DNA of 55,974 bases, the filler included, from Jimgerdemannia flammicorona (Eukaryota), in assembly GCA_003990765.1 (NCBI GenBank). It is 2 parts of 2 records of this genome, joined end to end, with 100 filler letters (N's around TTAATTAATTAA, not from the genome) between each part and the next. Parts side by side here need not be neighbours in the genome. Positions count along the whole stretch, not along the records: positions 1 to 27,949 come from RBNJ01000592.1; 1 more part is not named here. The stretch is one strand, 5' to 3'. Positions 1 through 13,177 of this stretch are shown in pieces; position 1 is the first letter of the stretch, and each line of letters opens with the position of its first letter. The translations under genes were made by a program, and so were the position numbers. The notes below the pieces were generated by a model that worked only from the letters and a program-made list of their open reading frames with translations, had not been told where the DNA came from and made no database searches.

Positions 1-3000
1 TTTTTAATAATTACTTAGACTTTAATATTTATTACCAAACCAATCTATATCTATACAATAGCAAAGCCCTACCTCCTATCCTACCCTCTCTACAGAATTC
101 ACCTCTAACCTCTTCTCTATAGAAGTCAACCACTTCTCCAATTATCTGAACTCTCTCTATACTAATTATACAAATTTATTCCATTAGTCTATCTAGCTCA
201 TTACTCATTCAACAATTTCACTAATAATCACTCTTACTTTATCATTCTCACTTCTAGTGATAACCTCTGGCTATTCTCAAAGACAAATAGCCAATGTTCA
301 GAATGATCAACTTAAACTACAAGGGCCTATCTTACAGAAAGCTATTTATATCAACTCTCTCTACTAGTCATAACTAGAGGATATCTCACTACTTCCTACC
401 CACCCCTTCTGAAGGTAGTACCCTCAACTAGTTCTCAATAGCTAATCTGAATCTGATAGTATCTTATACTCCTCTAGCTAATATTCTGAAATCTGTACCA
501 CTTTATCCTTCTGCTCAATATTGAAGTAGTTTTTATATTCAAATGATCTCCCTTTTACCAAATATCCTGACTGAAAGTTTGGCATCATATTCTGCTATTA
601 GAGTTACTACCACACTACTCAGAACTTAAGAGAGAGCTATCTTGATACTTTCTCTCTCTATAGATATCTACTCAGTTTCAAGCTTTACCTATGTCTATCC
701 CTTATCAACTCTTGGATCATAGATCTCTACCCTGCCCTTGCTGATACTCTACATCATTCTCAAGCTAAAAGTCAACCACTAGAGAGTCTTTCAACAGAAG
801 ATTCCACCTCCACATCCCTGATCTCCAGACTTTCTCTCTCTCATAATTATATCAGTATATTTCAATCTAATGGACCCCATCTACCACTCTCCACCAGAAG
901 CTCTTATACTATATTTAATGGCTTTCCTCCAGCACCACCAAGGAGAGTAAGTCACCAGAGATTTCTCTGGGGAAGAATTGTATCTCCTATACCTTCTGTA
1001 TAAGTAGTACCTAGCTCTGTCTCTCAACTCACTAACTCTCTTCAACTGCTATACCCTCAAGTAATATAGATACTTCATAAAGTCAATAAGACCAAGTTCA
1101 CTCTGATCTACCAGCAGTATTAATATATCTCAGTCTATTTGTCTATACTGCTCAGCCCAAATCTAAGATCTGGCCATCTTCAGAAGTCTTTTCACCATCT
1201 ATACAGAAATATCTCAGATACTATAACTTAGGTAACCAGTATATATTTAGCACTGTAATATTCTCTACCAATGAGATATAGCAGCCTCTCCAGCTTAGGA
1301 GAACATTCTCTCACTCTGTTAGCTTCTACTCTCACTAAGTCCTAGGCAATAATGGGCCATATATTGAGAAGTAAATCTCCTAATAATAGACCATCTCTTC
1401 TACTAAGAAAATTGTTCCAATTACATTCTCTCCCACTACTCTACTACTGAGCACTAAGGTCTCACATTTATACCAATTGAGTTTGATCTCAGAGTACTCT
1501 TCATACTACTCTAAAACCTTCTTCAATATAGTCACATTCTCTATAGAGCTCAGCCTGATCACTATATTGTCTACAAAAGCTTCTATCTTCCAATTTACCT
1601 CAGTATCATCAAACTCCCCACTCTATATCTAATCTAGTCTAGCAAGGATTTCAAAGAGAGAGTATAGAGAATAGATGACAATATATCACTCTATAGCACT
1701 CCTCTACTCAAAGGAAAAGATATCTCTCAGTATCTATTAACTAAGATAGCTACTCTGCTCCAATCCAATAGACTAACCAAGAACTGCTGAAAGTCTGGAG
1801 AAATACTAATATATTTCAGCACTCTATCTAACTATACTCTTTACACTCAGTTGAATACCTTCTTCTGATCAAGAAAGACCAGCTATCTATCTACTCTCAC
1901 TGTCCTAATCTCTTTGATAATGTCATAGATCCTGGCTATCCCATCTCAAATCAAATGACTCTCAATAAAGTTCCACTGCTCTTTACCCAGTACTCTCTAA
2001 GCTATATACTGCAGCTATATAATAATGACCTTTATGATCAGCTTTCTATCTATATCTAGTAGTATGATCAGCTGCTAGTTCTTCTACTCCTCTCTTCTCT
2101 ATTGGTCCTTAAACAGAAGAGTCACCAGTCTCAGGTATTAACTACTTATCTATATCTCAGAATTAATAATCTTATTATACATCAGCCATAGCTCCTCTAG
2201 GACTATCTTCACTTCTGCTATTTATTTCCAGAAGTCTCAGAGTAGTCTATCCACCCTGAGGATTATCCTGAGACTAGCTTTTACTAAGACCTTGAGAATC
2301 TTCTCTCTCTGAACTAGGTCTCTCAACTCTGTCAGCCTCTATACTGGAGCTGGGTGCCAGTCTTTCAGATAGTACTCAATTGTCTATGTATCCTCTTCTC
2401 TCCTTCTCACTTCATAGTGACCTCCACCTCTCACTCAGCTGGCCTAAGATATTTTGAGTCCCTACCACCATCTCTCTCTCCCCATCTAATACTCTATCCT
2501 AGTACTGATATATCCTTTTTATCTAAAGAAGTCTTGACAGAAACTTTGTCAGCCTCTTCTCTTTCTCCAGACCCTATCACTATAGTCTGGCTATCATATC
2601 CTATACTTGTATACTCTTCTCTATCTATAATATATATTACAGTTCCTCTACCTTCAGCTGGGTATACTGAACTCTCCAATTCTTTACTTATTTAGTCTTT
2701 AGTAGGCTAGCCTATTCCTTCTAGAGCTGATTCAATCTATATGAGACCCACTATACTCTCTCTCTCTACTAGATACTTCTTATTCTCTCAGCCTCTCTCC
2801 AGAAATACTGAGCCTCAGACTTCAGTCTTTGCTTTTGATCACTAATAGTGAGTCTTCTCTTTCTCAAAGTGAGTATCTTAGACACAATGTCTGCCATCTA
2901 AGTATCCTACAATAAAAGCTCATCCAGCAGTATAGAATTCAGATGCTAAAGGCTGGGCCCCTCTATATATCTCTCAAATCTTTCATACTTCAGAAGGTCT

Positions 3001-3285
3001 TAATGATTTAACTAGAGGTACCATTCAACTTCCAACAATTTCCAAACCTCACCCCCCCAGTACTTAGCAGTTAGAATCCAGTTAATTCTTGAGCCAAGTC
3101 CATCTATCCAATATATGAATATCTGGTAATTACTCCAACTCTGCCTGCTCATATCTATAAGAGAGCTAAGATATTTAATTTTATCTCAGCAACTACTTCT
3201 CCTAGATAGCCTCCTTCTGCTATCTGTTCTATCTATCCTCCTCTCACAAAATATATTGAAGTTTTCTCTCAAATAATTAACCTCC
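1..3285 (-). mobile_element. Heavily decayed, 5'-truncated L1/Tx1-like LINE (ORF2 relic)
   Basis: Starts with T-run plus the decayed LINE 3' motif (tacttagact). Minus-strand relics: FLDQKKVFN (~1860; cf. FLDQEKAYD), WKIEAFVDNIV (~1570; cf. WKLGAFADDMV) and an endonuclease GDFN-like relic near 3260. Many stops. Confidence 0.8.
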
Positions 3286-3534
3286 ACTAGTATAGACTAT
3301 AGATCACTTCAGATACTATCTTTGGGAAAGAAATTTGTCCTTATCACTAACCACTAAGCTTTATAATAGTTGCTCAACAAACTGGAGCCCTCAGGAATCT
3401 TTGTCAGATAGAGCATATCTCTGTAAAAATACTAGTTCACTATTATCTATAACAAAGGAGTTATGAATTTCAATATTGATACCTTATCAAGAATTCTATG
3501 AATTCAATAAAAAGAGAAAGAGCCCCTATAAGAG

Positions 3535-3541
<7 letters not shown>
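3286..3541 (+). pseudogene. pol: Ty3/Gypsy RNase H C-terminal relic (older family), interrupted by LINEs
   Basis: Translates as KFVLITNH*AL**LLNKLEPSG...FTIIYNKG...IDTLSR, matching the Gypsy RH pattern TDH.AL.WL...G...W...ADALSR. Confidence 0.8.
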
Positions 3542-3566
<25 letters not shown>

Positions 3567-3726
3567 TAGTCACTTGGACTCCTTTATTCCACTAGTCTAT
3601 AGAATTACACTGTTCATATATCTTGACAACTACCTTAGAACATCACCGGACCCCACCCTCCACTATTCAATAATAATACAAGAAAGAGCCCTTCAGTCTA
3701 CACCTTCTTTCTACCTCACCCCCTTC

Positions 3727-6700
3727 TCACCAAGTACAAGGTGCTCCTGACTCCTCTGGATAATATCTAACACCTTCCTCATGGCCCCCAACTGGTGCCT
3801 CTTCCCCTGATACCACCACCCTTGCACCACTTCTAAGAGTAACCCCTTCTACCACTCCACCAATTCCCCAATTCCCATCCAGGGATCTCTCTCGAACACC
3901 CATCACCAGTGCACTGCCATCAGTACCCAGATGCTGATAATCCAACCCAGGCCTCTCCAGATGTCCCCAATCTCACCCACCAGGTGACACTTGATCACCT
4001 GACAAGTGGGGCCCCTTGCCTGCTCACTCTCTACTCCCTAATAACCTTCTAATGTCTGTCAAAATTCTTCAACCCCTGGACAGTCTGCCAGAACATGCTC
4101 AGGTGTCTGCACCACACCCCCATCTAGCTCGCAGCACCACTCACATTCCTTCATACCATCATCCACCATCCACCCCATTCTGTACTCTAGCATGATATTC
4201 CTCCACAAAAATTGCCACCATACCACCCAGAACTTAGGTGGGGCAATCTTAAGTAGAGAGGTCCCCCAACCCCACACCCGGCCCCACTCCCACTCCTCTC
4301 CAAACCCAGCCTTCTGCCAACCAACTGGCCACCACTCAAGTGGTCCTGTCCGGATCCACTCCATCGCCCCAGTTAAGGAGTACTCTACCAATGAGTGGCC
4401 ACTAATATGAATCACACCAAGTTGCCACCATCACTGTTCAGGGTCCTCCTCTTCTCTGCCAGGCTCTGGGCCTGTAAGCTCCATTGCTAGCCATGCTTTG
4501 ACAATGCCCCACCAGAATCCCCTATAGCACAACCTGCTAACCTTTCCAACCTGGAGCAAGCCTCACATATCCTTCCAAATCTCACTCTGGGGGCAGAACC
4601 TAACTTCCCAATTATCCATAGCCAGTTTGCTCCAACCCTCCTCTCCTAATTCTGTCATTCGACAACCCCACCAGCCCCGAAGTACCTTCAGCTGCCTTCT
4701 AAAGTCCACCAACCCCAGACCTCCATCTACCTTTGGTGTCACTATTATCTCCCAACTAATCTGTGATCTCCTTCCCTGCCATAGCCATCCTTCGACCACC
4801 TTCTTCAGTTTCCTAACCACCCATCCCGGAAAGTCTAGGTGGTACCCCAAGTACCACAGCTTCGGCAACCAATATACATTCAAGACTACAATTCTCCCGA
4901 CCAAAGAAAATCCCCTCCCTGACCAGTCCACCAAGGCATTCTCCCACTTCTGTATCAATCCACACCACCACTCTTTCGGCAGCACTGTTCCATATACCGA
5001 GAACCAGATGCCCAAATATCGAACTGCCTCCCCAGAACCAACTAAATGTCCAAAATGTCCATGCTCTCCCAAGCCAGCTCCAAGCTCCATAGTCTCACAC
5101 TTGCCCTAGTTCAGCTTTGCCTCTGCCAGCATCTCATACTGTCCTACCCCTTCCTGCAAGCTTGCCACATCTTCTACACTGCCTAACCCCACCACCATGT
5201 CATCCGCAAAGGCCCCCAGCTTCCAGACCACCTCCCCCATCTTCAACCCGATAAGCCTCCCCTTCAGCCATGCCAACAAGGGTTCTAAAGATAAAATATA
5301 AAGCAGGGGTGAAAGAGAGTCCCCCTGTGGCACACCTTGCCCTAAGAAAAACTCCGGGCCACTCCACCCATTCATCAGCACTGCAGCCTGGCAACCTCGC
5401 ACCAGACCCATCAGTTTTTGAGTCTCCCCCCTGCCAAACCCGGCCTTCCATAGAACTGCCTCTAAGTAGTTCCACCTCACCCTGTCGTAAGCCTTTTCCT
5501 GGTCCAAGAACACCATTCTTCCATCTACTTGCTGGCTTCTACAACCCTCCAAAACATTTTGCACCCAGGCTGTACTGTCTCAAATCTGTCTCCCCTTCAC
5601 AAACCCTTGCTGTTCATCACTAACCAATCTGCCAATCCATTGCTGCATTCTCCCTGTTAGAATCTTGGAGACCAACTTCCTATCCACATTCAGTAACATG
5701 ATGGGCCTCCAGTTCTGCCACACACATCTGTCCCCTTTCTCCTTATAGAGCAGAGAAACTAGTCCCAAGGAGCCATTGCCTATCCAGCAGCCTTCCCCCA
5801 GTGTAAAGTTTGCCATTTCTACAAGCCATGCTCCAAACTCAGTTTGAAACTCCTTCTAGAACTCCCAGAGTAGTCCATCCTCTCCTGGTGATGAGCCCAT
5901 CTGCACTTTCCTCAGAACCTCCAATACCTCTTCAAGGGTCACCCTACCCATTACTGCCCCCCCAATTGCAGGCTCTGCCTCCACTGGCCAGCTGCCAACC
6001 AGATTGTTGTTATCCTCTAGCACTACCTCTCTTTCCACCAGTCCTTCATCATCCTGCCATAGGGAGCACCATTGACCAGAGATCTCACCAAGCATATCTG
6101 CGATAACTGTCACCTCTGTTCCATCCTCTTGCAATACTGAGGCCCAGCTGTGCTGCACTCTCCTGGCCTTCAAGATTCCAGACAAGTATTTGGTGGATCG
6201 CTCTCCTTCCTCCAACTGCTTTGCTCACAATCTTGCCAGCAACCCATCCACCACCCTATCTTCTGCTGCTTTCAAATCTGACTGCAACTCAGCCACCTCC
6301 TTGATCAATAGGGAGCGTCATTCCCCTGAGGAGTTATCTCCTTCCAGAAGTTTAAGCCACCAGTGAAGCCCCTGCTCCACTCTCCATTCTCTATCCTTCT
6401 GCTCTCTTCCAGCCACCTCTCCAACGTCATGCCAATAAGCACCTGCTAGATGTTTTAATTTCCCCCACCACTGTGCTATTGACTGACCACTGTCCTTCCA
6501 CCGTACTACTTCCTGTCTTGCAATTTCTACAAACTTGTCCTGTTCCACCTGTCTCTTGAGTAGTGCCACATTAAGTCTCCATCTGCCTCTGCTGCCACTG
6601 GCCACCTGGAATCTCCCACACACCTCCACACCCCAGTGATCTGACCAGGGGCACTACCACACCTCTGACGAATCCAAAATATTACCCCACCAGGATCCAG

Positions 6701-7317
6701 TCAATCCTTGTCCCAACCAAATTCTCACTGATCGGATGTCACCTGGTAAATGGCCCTGACTTCTCACCTCGACATTGTCATACTCCATCAACCATTCCCA
6801 TTTCCTTCTCAGCTTGAAGCCATCATGAGAGCCCAGTGGAAACCGCTACACTGACTCCACCATCTGATCTGTCTAATGTCCTATCATGCACCATGTTGAA
6901 GTCCCCTCCCATAATGTCCAGCTCAATCCTATCTCGGCCTTCCCAGTCCAGCCAACCTTCCACCCACTGGTTTTGCTCTCTGCCAACCACTGGCAGATAC
7001 ACAGAACCAACTACCAATCCATCGTCAGCTCCTCCTTTCAATCTCCCCCAGACCAATCGATCACCATATCTCTCCACCTCCTTCAGTTCTCCTCTCTCCA
7101 ATCCAACCAAGATGCCCACCTGCTCATTCCACCCTGTACTACCAAACCATTCCTTGCTCCACTCCTCATAATCTTGCTCTCCATAGGCCCGAATGTCCTG
7201 CAGAAATACTACATCATACCTCCTGTTCTTCAGCCACCAAAACAAATGCCTTCGCTTCACTCCATCCTGCAAACTATTGACATTTAGTGATAATATACGT
7301 AGACTGTTCATCATCAT
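3727..7317 (-). pseudogene. LINE ORF2: AP endonuclease, reverse transcriptase and C-terminal Cys/His motif; disrupted by stops
   Basis: RILSLNVNSL, VVFLQD, IMGGDFN (APE); WRPIMLLNVDRK, FLDQEKAYDRV, GVPQGDSLSPLLY, AFADD, VRYLG (RT); CEWC...TPEHVLADC. The 3' end is approximate. Confidence 0.93.
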
Positions 7318-7329
7318 AAATATAAATGT

Positions 7330-9174
7330 TTAAAGCACAGCTGGAGTCACCACCACCTTTTCGGCCCTATCGCAAATTATTGTCTTCTGTTCCTTGCAGA
7401 TAGCCCTCCAGATGTGGGCTCCATTCACACCACTGCAGAAGACATCCACTCGCTCTGATGCCACCTTCCTGATGTCAGCCATATGGTCCTTGTCTACCTC
7501 ATATCCTTCATCATCCAGAAGTACCACTACCATTGCTGTCACCAACTTCGGCCCCTGCAACGCCACATTGAGGAACCCTTCCCAGGCCTCTTGCAATCCA
7601 TTAAATACATCCACTTCCTTGATATCCTCCTCCGCAAGTTCCTTGAGCACTGCCTGATACCAGTCATCTGCCATCATCACCATGGGCCCAGGAGTGGCTG
7701 GCCTTGGGGTCCTGCTCAGCTCCTGCAGCATCTCTCTATCTGCTGACACATTAGAAGCCATATTCACCAGGTCATCCTCCTCAGTGCCTTTCTCCAGCCG
7801 AACTACTTCACCTGCTTCTGGGCATTCCCAATGAACATTTGCTGCTTCTGCCATGCGAACATCCTCCAACTGGGTCTCTGGTACCACCTCAATAGCCTCC
7901 TCAAAGTCCCCAGTATTCACCTCCTCCTTATCAGCCCACTTCTCCTTCACTGGTGTATGAGTAGAGTTCTTCACTCCCCCTAGTTGCAAAAAGGACACCT
8001 CAGCCATCTCCACCTCTTCCATCTGATTTTTGGCCATCTCTGCTTGTTCCTTTTCCTCCTTTTCCAAGCCCTGGAGGACCATCTGCAGGCACTCCCAGTT
8101 TGCCCTATGCCACCTCTTCCTCCTCTCATCTGTCGGGATCCAGATCCAGTTCTTGGCAAACTCCTCCCACCTCCTCTTCTACAATTCCTTTGCAGCCTCT
8201 CTCTCCTCTAGGGTGACTAGCAATTCCTCCTCCTTCTGTTCAGAACCCTTTCTTCTCCACACTTTGCACTCCTGCCCTCCAATACGAATCACTTCTGGCC
8301 AGTCCCTCTCTTGCTCTGTGGCCTCCTTGCCTTCCAGTCTCACCATCACCTCACAATTGCCATTTCTCAGCTTGGTCCCCTCCCAGAACATGAATCTGAA
8401 GTCAACCATCTCACCAAATACCCCCAGTGCCTCCGCTACCATTCCTTTGGTCTCCTGTCTCCCCAGTGTTGGCAGTCCTTCAACCACCAGCCTCACTGCC
8501 TGTGGGTCCCACCTCAGGCACCTTGCCATACCAACCTTGATGCTCTTGACGACCAGCCCTTTCTCCAGGGCCTTCACCATCTCCTCCTCCTCCACAAATC
8601 CTATCTCGACTGCCTCCGCTGATAGGATGAACTTCAGTGACTCAGCCCCTACAATCTCCTCTCCCACTAGCCACAAGACCTCTCTAGCAGACATCCCCAG
8701 TCCCAGAAAATTTGCTGAAATGGCCCATGTCGACACCAACTTATGAAAGAAGGGATGCACCACCAGTTTTCCAGAACCTGCTGCCATCATTGTCTTCTTC
8801 TTGTTCTCTGATACTCCAGCAGTCACCCCAGCCACCAGCCTAGCCCCAGGAATATCAGTCCCAGCCACACCACTTCCAGACCCCTGGCCCCTAGCAGGTA
8901 CCTGACCAGTCACCTGACCAGTCACCTGGCTGGTCACCTGACTCCTATCCCTGTCAACACTACATCCCCCCTACCCTACCCCTATGGGCCTAGTAGCTGC
9001 CCTCCTGCCCCCCATCACCATGTGCCAACTCTCAATACCAGCCTGCCTCTCCTGACCACCTGTGCCTCTTACCCCTACACCAGTCCCACCTGTCACTGCG
9101 AAACTCTTAGGGAGGCCCAGACCAGGCCTCCTTCTCTCCAAATGCTCAGAGCTTGATGAACCCTGGGTTGCCAT
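7330..9174 (-). pseudogene. LINE ORF1 (RRM-like middle region, acidic/coiled C-terminal part); disrupted
   Basis: Fragments 8971-9174, 8179-8937 and 7330-8082 lie upstream of ORF2 and are homologous to copy B. The stop is 12 nt before the ORF2 ATG. Confidence 0.85.
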
Positions 9175-9348
9175 CTGACGAAAACTCCACCAAAACAGAT
9201 GAGACTTGTTGTATACTATAGCTAGACTCTTGCTGCACCTTGTACACCAGAATAGATGATGGGAAAACTGGAAAATGTGTTGCTTGTCATGAAAAGATGT
9301 CTGTGTGGCTTAGCTTACTCTGAATGATTTGAGCAAAAGGAGTGGCCC

Positions 9349-10620
9349 AAGAGAAGACTGCTTCCCACTTACTGAAATAAATCAAGAACTACACCTTACC
9401 CTTATCTGGAGTCTGTACTATAAGAGCTTCAAAAAAGAAATTCAGCTGATACACAAGCTGTTTATTCAAAGAAATTTTAAGAAATTTCAAAAAGATGATG
9501 ATAAACTTTAGAGAGTTGAAAGAGATCAATATACCTAAGTTCTATAAGAAAATAAAATACTGAAAATACTTATAACTGATCATAATAAGAATGTATATTG
9601 AGGAATAGGAGCCACTATTATAAGAATTAAGAAGAGATACTAGTGGTCAAAAATAAGAAAACAAATTTCAACATATATTCAATAATGTAATACTTATCAA
9701 AAATACCAATAGAAGCCAACTGACAAAGTACTACTAATGCTGATCACAGTACTAGCTAGAGCCTTTCAAAGATTAGAAATAGACATTATTAGTCTCCTAT
9801 CAGTAACTAGCCAAGAAAGATGCTATATTCTCACTATTGAAGATTATTTGAAAAAATAGCCTAAAGTCTTTACCATTAAGACTACTGATGCTCAAACAAT
9901 TATTAAGATTCTATATAATGAAAATTTCAGCTGCCATAGTATTCCCAAAGAAATCATCATAGACTAAGGCTAAGAATTCATTAATAAAGCTATGAAGACC
10001 TTTATAGGCATCTTTAAGATCAAACTGTAACTAATAATAGCTTATTACCTATAAGTAAAAAAACTTACTGAATGAGTGAATTAATCTTAAGTAAGGTCTC
10101 AGCAAAACTAGAGATCAATTAAACTGAGATATTTATCTTCCAGCAATCCTATTCAGTATCCATACTTCAAAGACATCTACTACTTAACAGACTTCTTTCT
10201 ATTTTGTATATGGCTAAGAAGTACAAGATCCCACTGAATTGATTCAACTAGATTTGATAAAATGAGTTACTGAAGATATCACTCAGTTATACAAAGTATG
10301 CTAATAAGTATGAGGATTTATTACTAAGATATAAGAATAATAAAAGAAGTACTATAACTACAAAGCTAACCTTAAACTTCTACTTATTAGACAATAAGAC
10401 TTGGTATACCATACTATTATAGAAAAAAACTAGAGTACCAAACTTGAATCAAAATAGAAAAGACTCTATCTTATATATATATCAAGTATTCATAAATCAC
10501 ACCTATCAACTCAAGACTTTGGATAGAGTTATACTCAAGACTAAGATATATTATAACCACATAAGACCTTACTACTTAGTAGAAGTAAAATACATTTGAA
10601 TAATTCCATTCACTCTATCT
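9349..10620 (+). pseudogene. pol: Ty3/Gypsy integrase relic (continuation of 3286-3541)
   Basis: RIKKRY*W...C..YQK zinc-binding relic; FQRLEIDIISLLSVT...IPKEIIID*G*EFINK core; KLESK*KRLYLI (GPY/F) relic. Confidence 0.8.
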
Positions 10621-10829
10621 ATATCATCTTTTAAAGAATAATGGATACTTTTTTTAGAATCCAAGAAGCTGACAACATTGGAATCATTCTAAAGCCCATT
10701 TATATTATAGGTATTACTATTAGAAATTATCTTAGCTTACAGGAAATCTATTTCTGAGAAGTTCGAACCCCCAGCTATAATAATGAGAGCCTTTGCTCTA
10801 GATAAGAATGGCCAGCATCATGAAAATTT

Positions 10830-11035
10830 TTCTGACATCTGCTCTGGATGTATCTGCTCTGGGTGTATCTATATATATATATCTGGTATCTGTATTAACT
10901 ACAGATATAGCCAGATATCTCTAGATATATTTATATATATTTAAAAATTCAGATATTATATATACTATATCCAGATATTCAAATATATATCTAGATATAT
11001 ATCTACTCTGATATAATATATCTGGTTTATCACAT
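10830..11035. repeat. Array of decayed short tatctgg/ccagata motifs in both orientations
   Basis: Repeated gtatctg, ccagatat and ctagatat; possibly subterminal repeats of the neighbouring DNA transposon. Confidence 0.45.
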
Positions 11036-11799
11036 ATCTCACTACATACTTAGAGGTTATAGTAGTAGTACATAGGTGTAGAGTAATACTGGTGAAATTA
11101 CTCAATACTCATATATAGTAGTGAAGATCATTGATTACCAGGTTTTGGTATTGGTCTTACTAATAATTATATATATTATGGAAAAGATATTGAGCAAATT
11201 ATAGACAGAGGAGGAGATGAAAATATTTATGGCCAAGCAAGTTAAGTGAATAGCTATGGGAGGAGATATAAATAATATATAATCTTATAAATATTGTTAG
11301 ATTTAATACTAACTACTCTCTCTGCACTATCACAATACTGAATCCACTTCAGCCATCTCTGCCCTCAAGGCTCTGTTCATATTTGACAATATCCAAACAT
11401 TAGAGTCAGATATTCTTATCAGACTTTACATAGCTCTCAATACCCTCCCCATAGATCTGTCTATCTCCACTCTCTTCACCTACTATGATGATCACATTGC
11501 CCAAGAGGATAAAATTCTCAGTACTTTTATTTAATACAATACTAATATTATTACAGATTTTCATTTAGTTAAAATTGAAAAATATAAATCTATTATCATA
11601 ATAATTAAGAAGAAAGGAATCAAAATTGTAAGTATCTCCATTAACTTTGAGAGTGTCATTTACACTACTCTTGGTTTCCAAAAAAGGAATAAAGTGAATG
11701 TGATATATGATTTCAGTAATAGAAATAACCTCAAATATATTTGTATACCTCTATACTAATATTCCAGACTCTTCATCATAAGATGCCTGTCTTATAAAA

Positions 11800-13145
11800 T
11801 GTTATATATATAAGAGAAAATGTAACATCTTCATATTTTAATTTAAATAGTAGCTAAAGTTATCTAATACTAATATCAGAAATATCTCCTTTTCTTTCCT
11901 TGGTCTGAGTATTATAAAGAGCAATCTAGTCATAATGGTGATACTTGTGAAATGATAGATTATACTGATATATATAATGGATAAGGCAGCTATCATTCTA
12001 GATATCTTGAACTGTCAAATTCAAGCTTTGAAACAATATAATCTATATAAATAATATAATATATATATTAATTGAATAGTTGGATAATATGTAAATATAG
12101 TATTAAGAATTAAAATATAATTATCTCTAGATTAGTTAGCTCTGGAAGATTTCATTTCTTAATAATATATCTTTGACCTTTATCTGGTGCAAACTGTAGA
12201 TTATGAAGGAATATTCTAATATCAAGCTCTAATTCTTTTAGATTATTATTCTGACTCACAGCTGTGATAAACTTGATTCCATTCTTAACTTAAGATCTTA
12301 GTATGTTCAAAGAGATTATAGTAATTCCAAGCTAGAAGAAACTCTACTCAAACTTTCTAAATATTGATATTTCAACTCTATAGTAGTATATTGATGAACA
12401 AAATATACTATCTGCAGTATTGTATCTGTTTATTAGATGCTTGATAAGGATTATAACTATATTGTATATACTGGTATTTAGTAAATTTAGTATTAAAATT
12501 ATCTGGTATTCTAAAGTCTCTAATATATTGATTATAGTACTATAGTGAATGATACTTGAGAATATCCACAGAGCATCCAGTCTTGCAAAATTCCTCTTTT
12601 AGCTCATCAAACTCTTTTAGAAGTTCCTCTGTATACTTTAGAGTATGCTCTAATGATATAATTATATACTAATTAATAAAGATTTGAATAGCTATCATTG
12701 CCCTCAAGATCTCCTCATCTATAAAAACACCATGAGCATAGAGAAGAAATATCTATTAAAATAGAATAGATAATTATATATTAATAATTCTATAATATAA
12801 AATATATTAAATTTAATATATATATTAAAATATATATCTTCATAATATCTATATATTCTCTGATAGTTATTTGATATAAATTTTGAATTCTATTAGGAAA
12901 GTTCTTTATATCTAAGAGGAACCAGAGCAATCTGCTTATCTAATTCATCAAGATACTGATTTGTATTTCTTGCTGAATAATAATACTATAGAAATATTTG
13001 AAACTATTCAATCAAATACTTTCAAATACTCTGCTTAATTTGGTGAAGTAGGTTAGACATTATAGTTGCATAGATATTAGTTCTTGGAAGATCCCATAGA
13101 CTGTTTTAAATATATAATTATATAAATATATATATATAATTAGAG

Positions 13146-13177
<32 letters not shown>

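Larger units (their letters stand above)
3542..9348 (-). mobile_element. Full-length L1/Tx1-clade non-LTR retrotransposon, copy A (inactivated)
   Basis: Poly(T) from 3542, ORF2 (APE-RT-Cys), ORF1, and a ~170-bp 5' UTR shared with copy B. Imperfect TSD aagagagactgc (3530-3541) / aagagaagactgc (9349-9361). Confidence 0.93.

Noticed and set aside
4192..8746. Many + strand ORFs antisense to LINE A (and likewise to LINE B)
   Set aside because: Ser/Pro-rich shadows of a G-rich coding strand, with no motifs.
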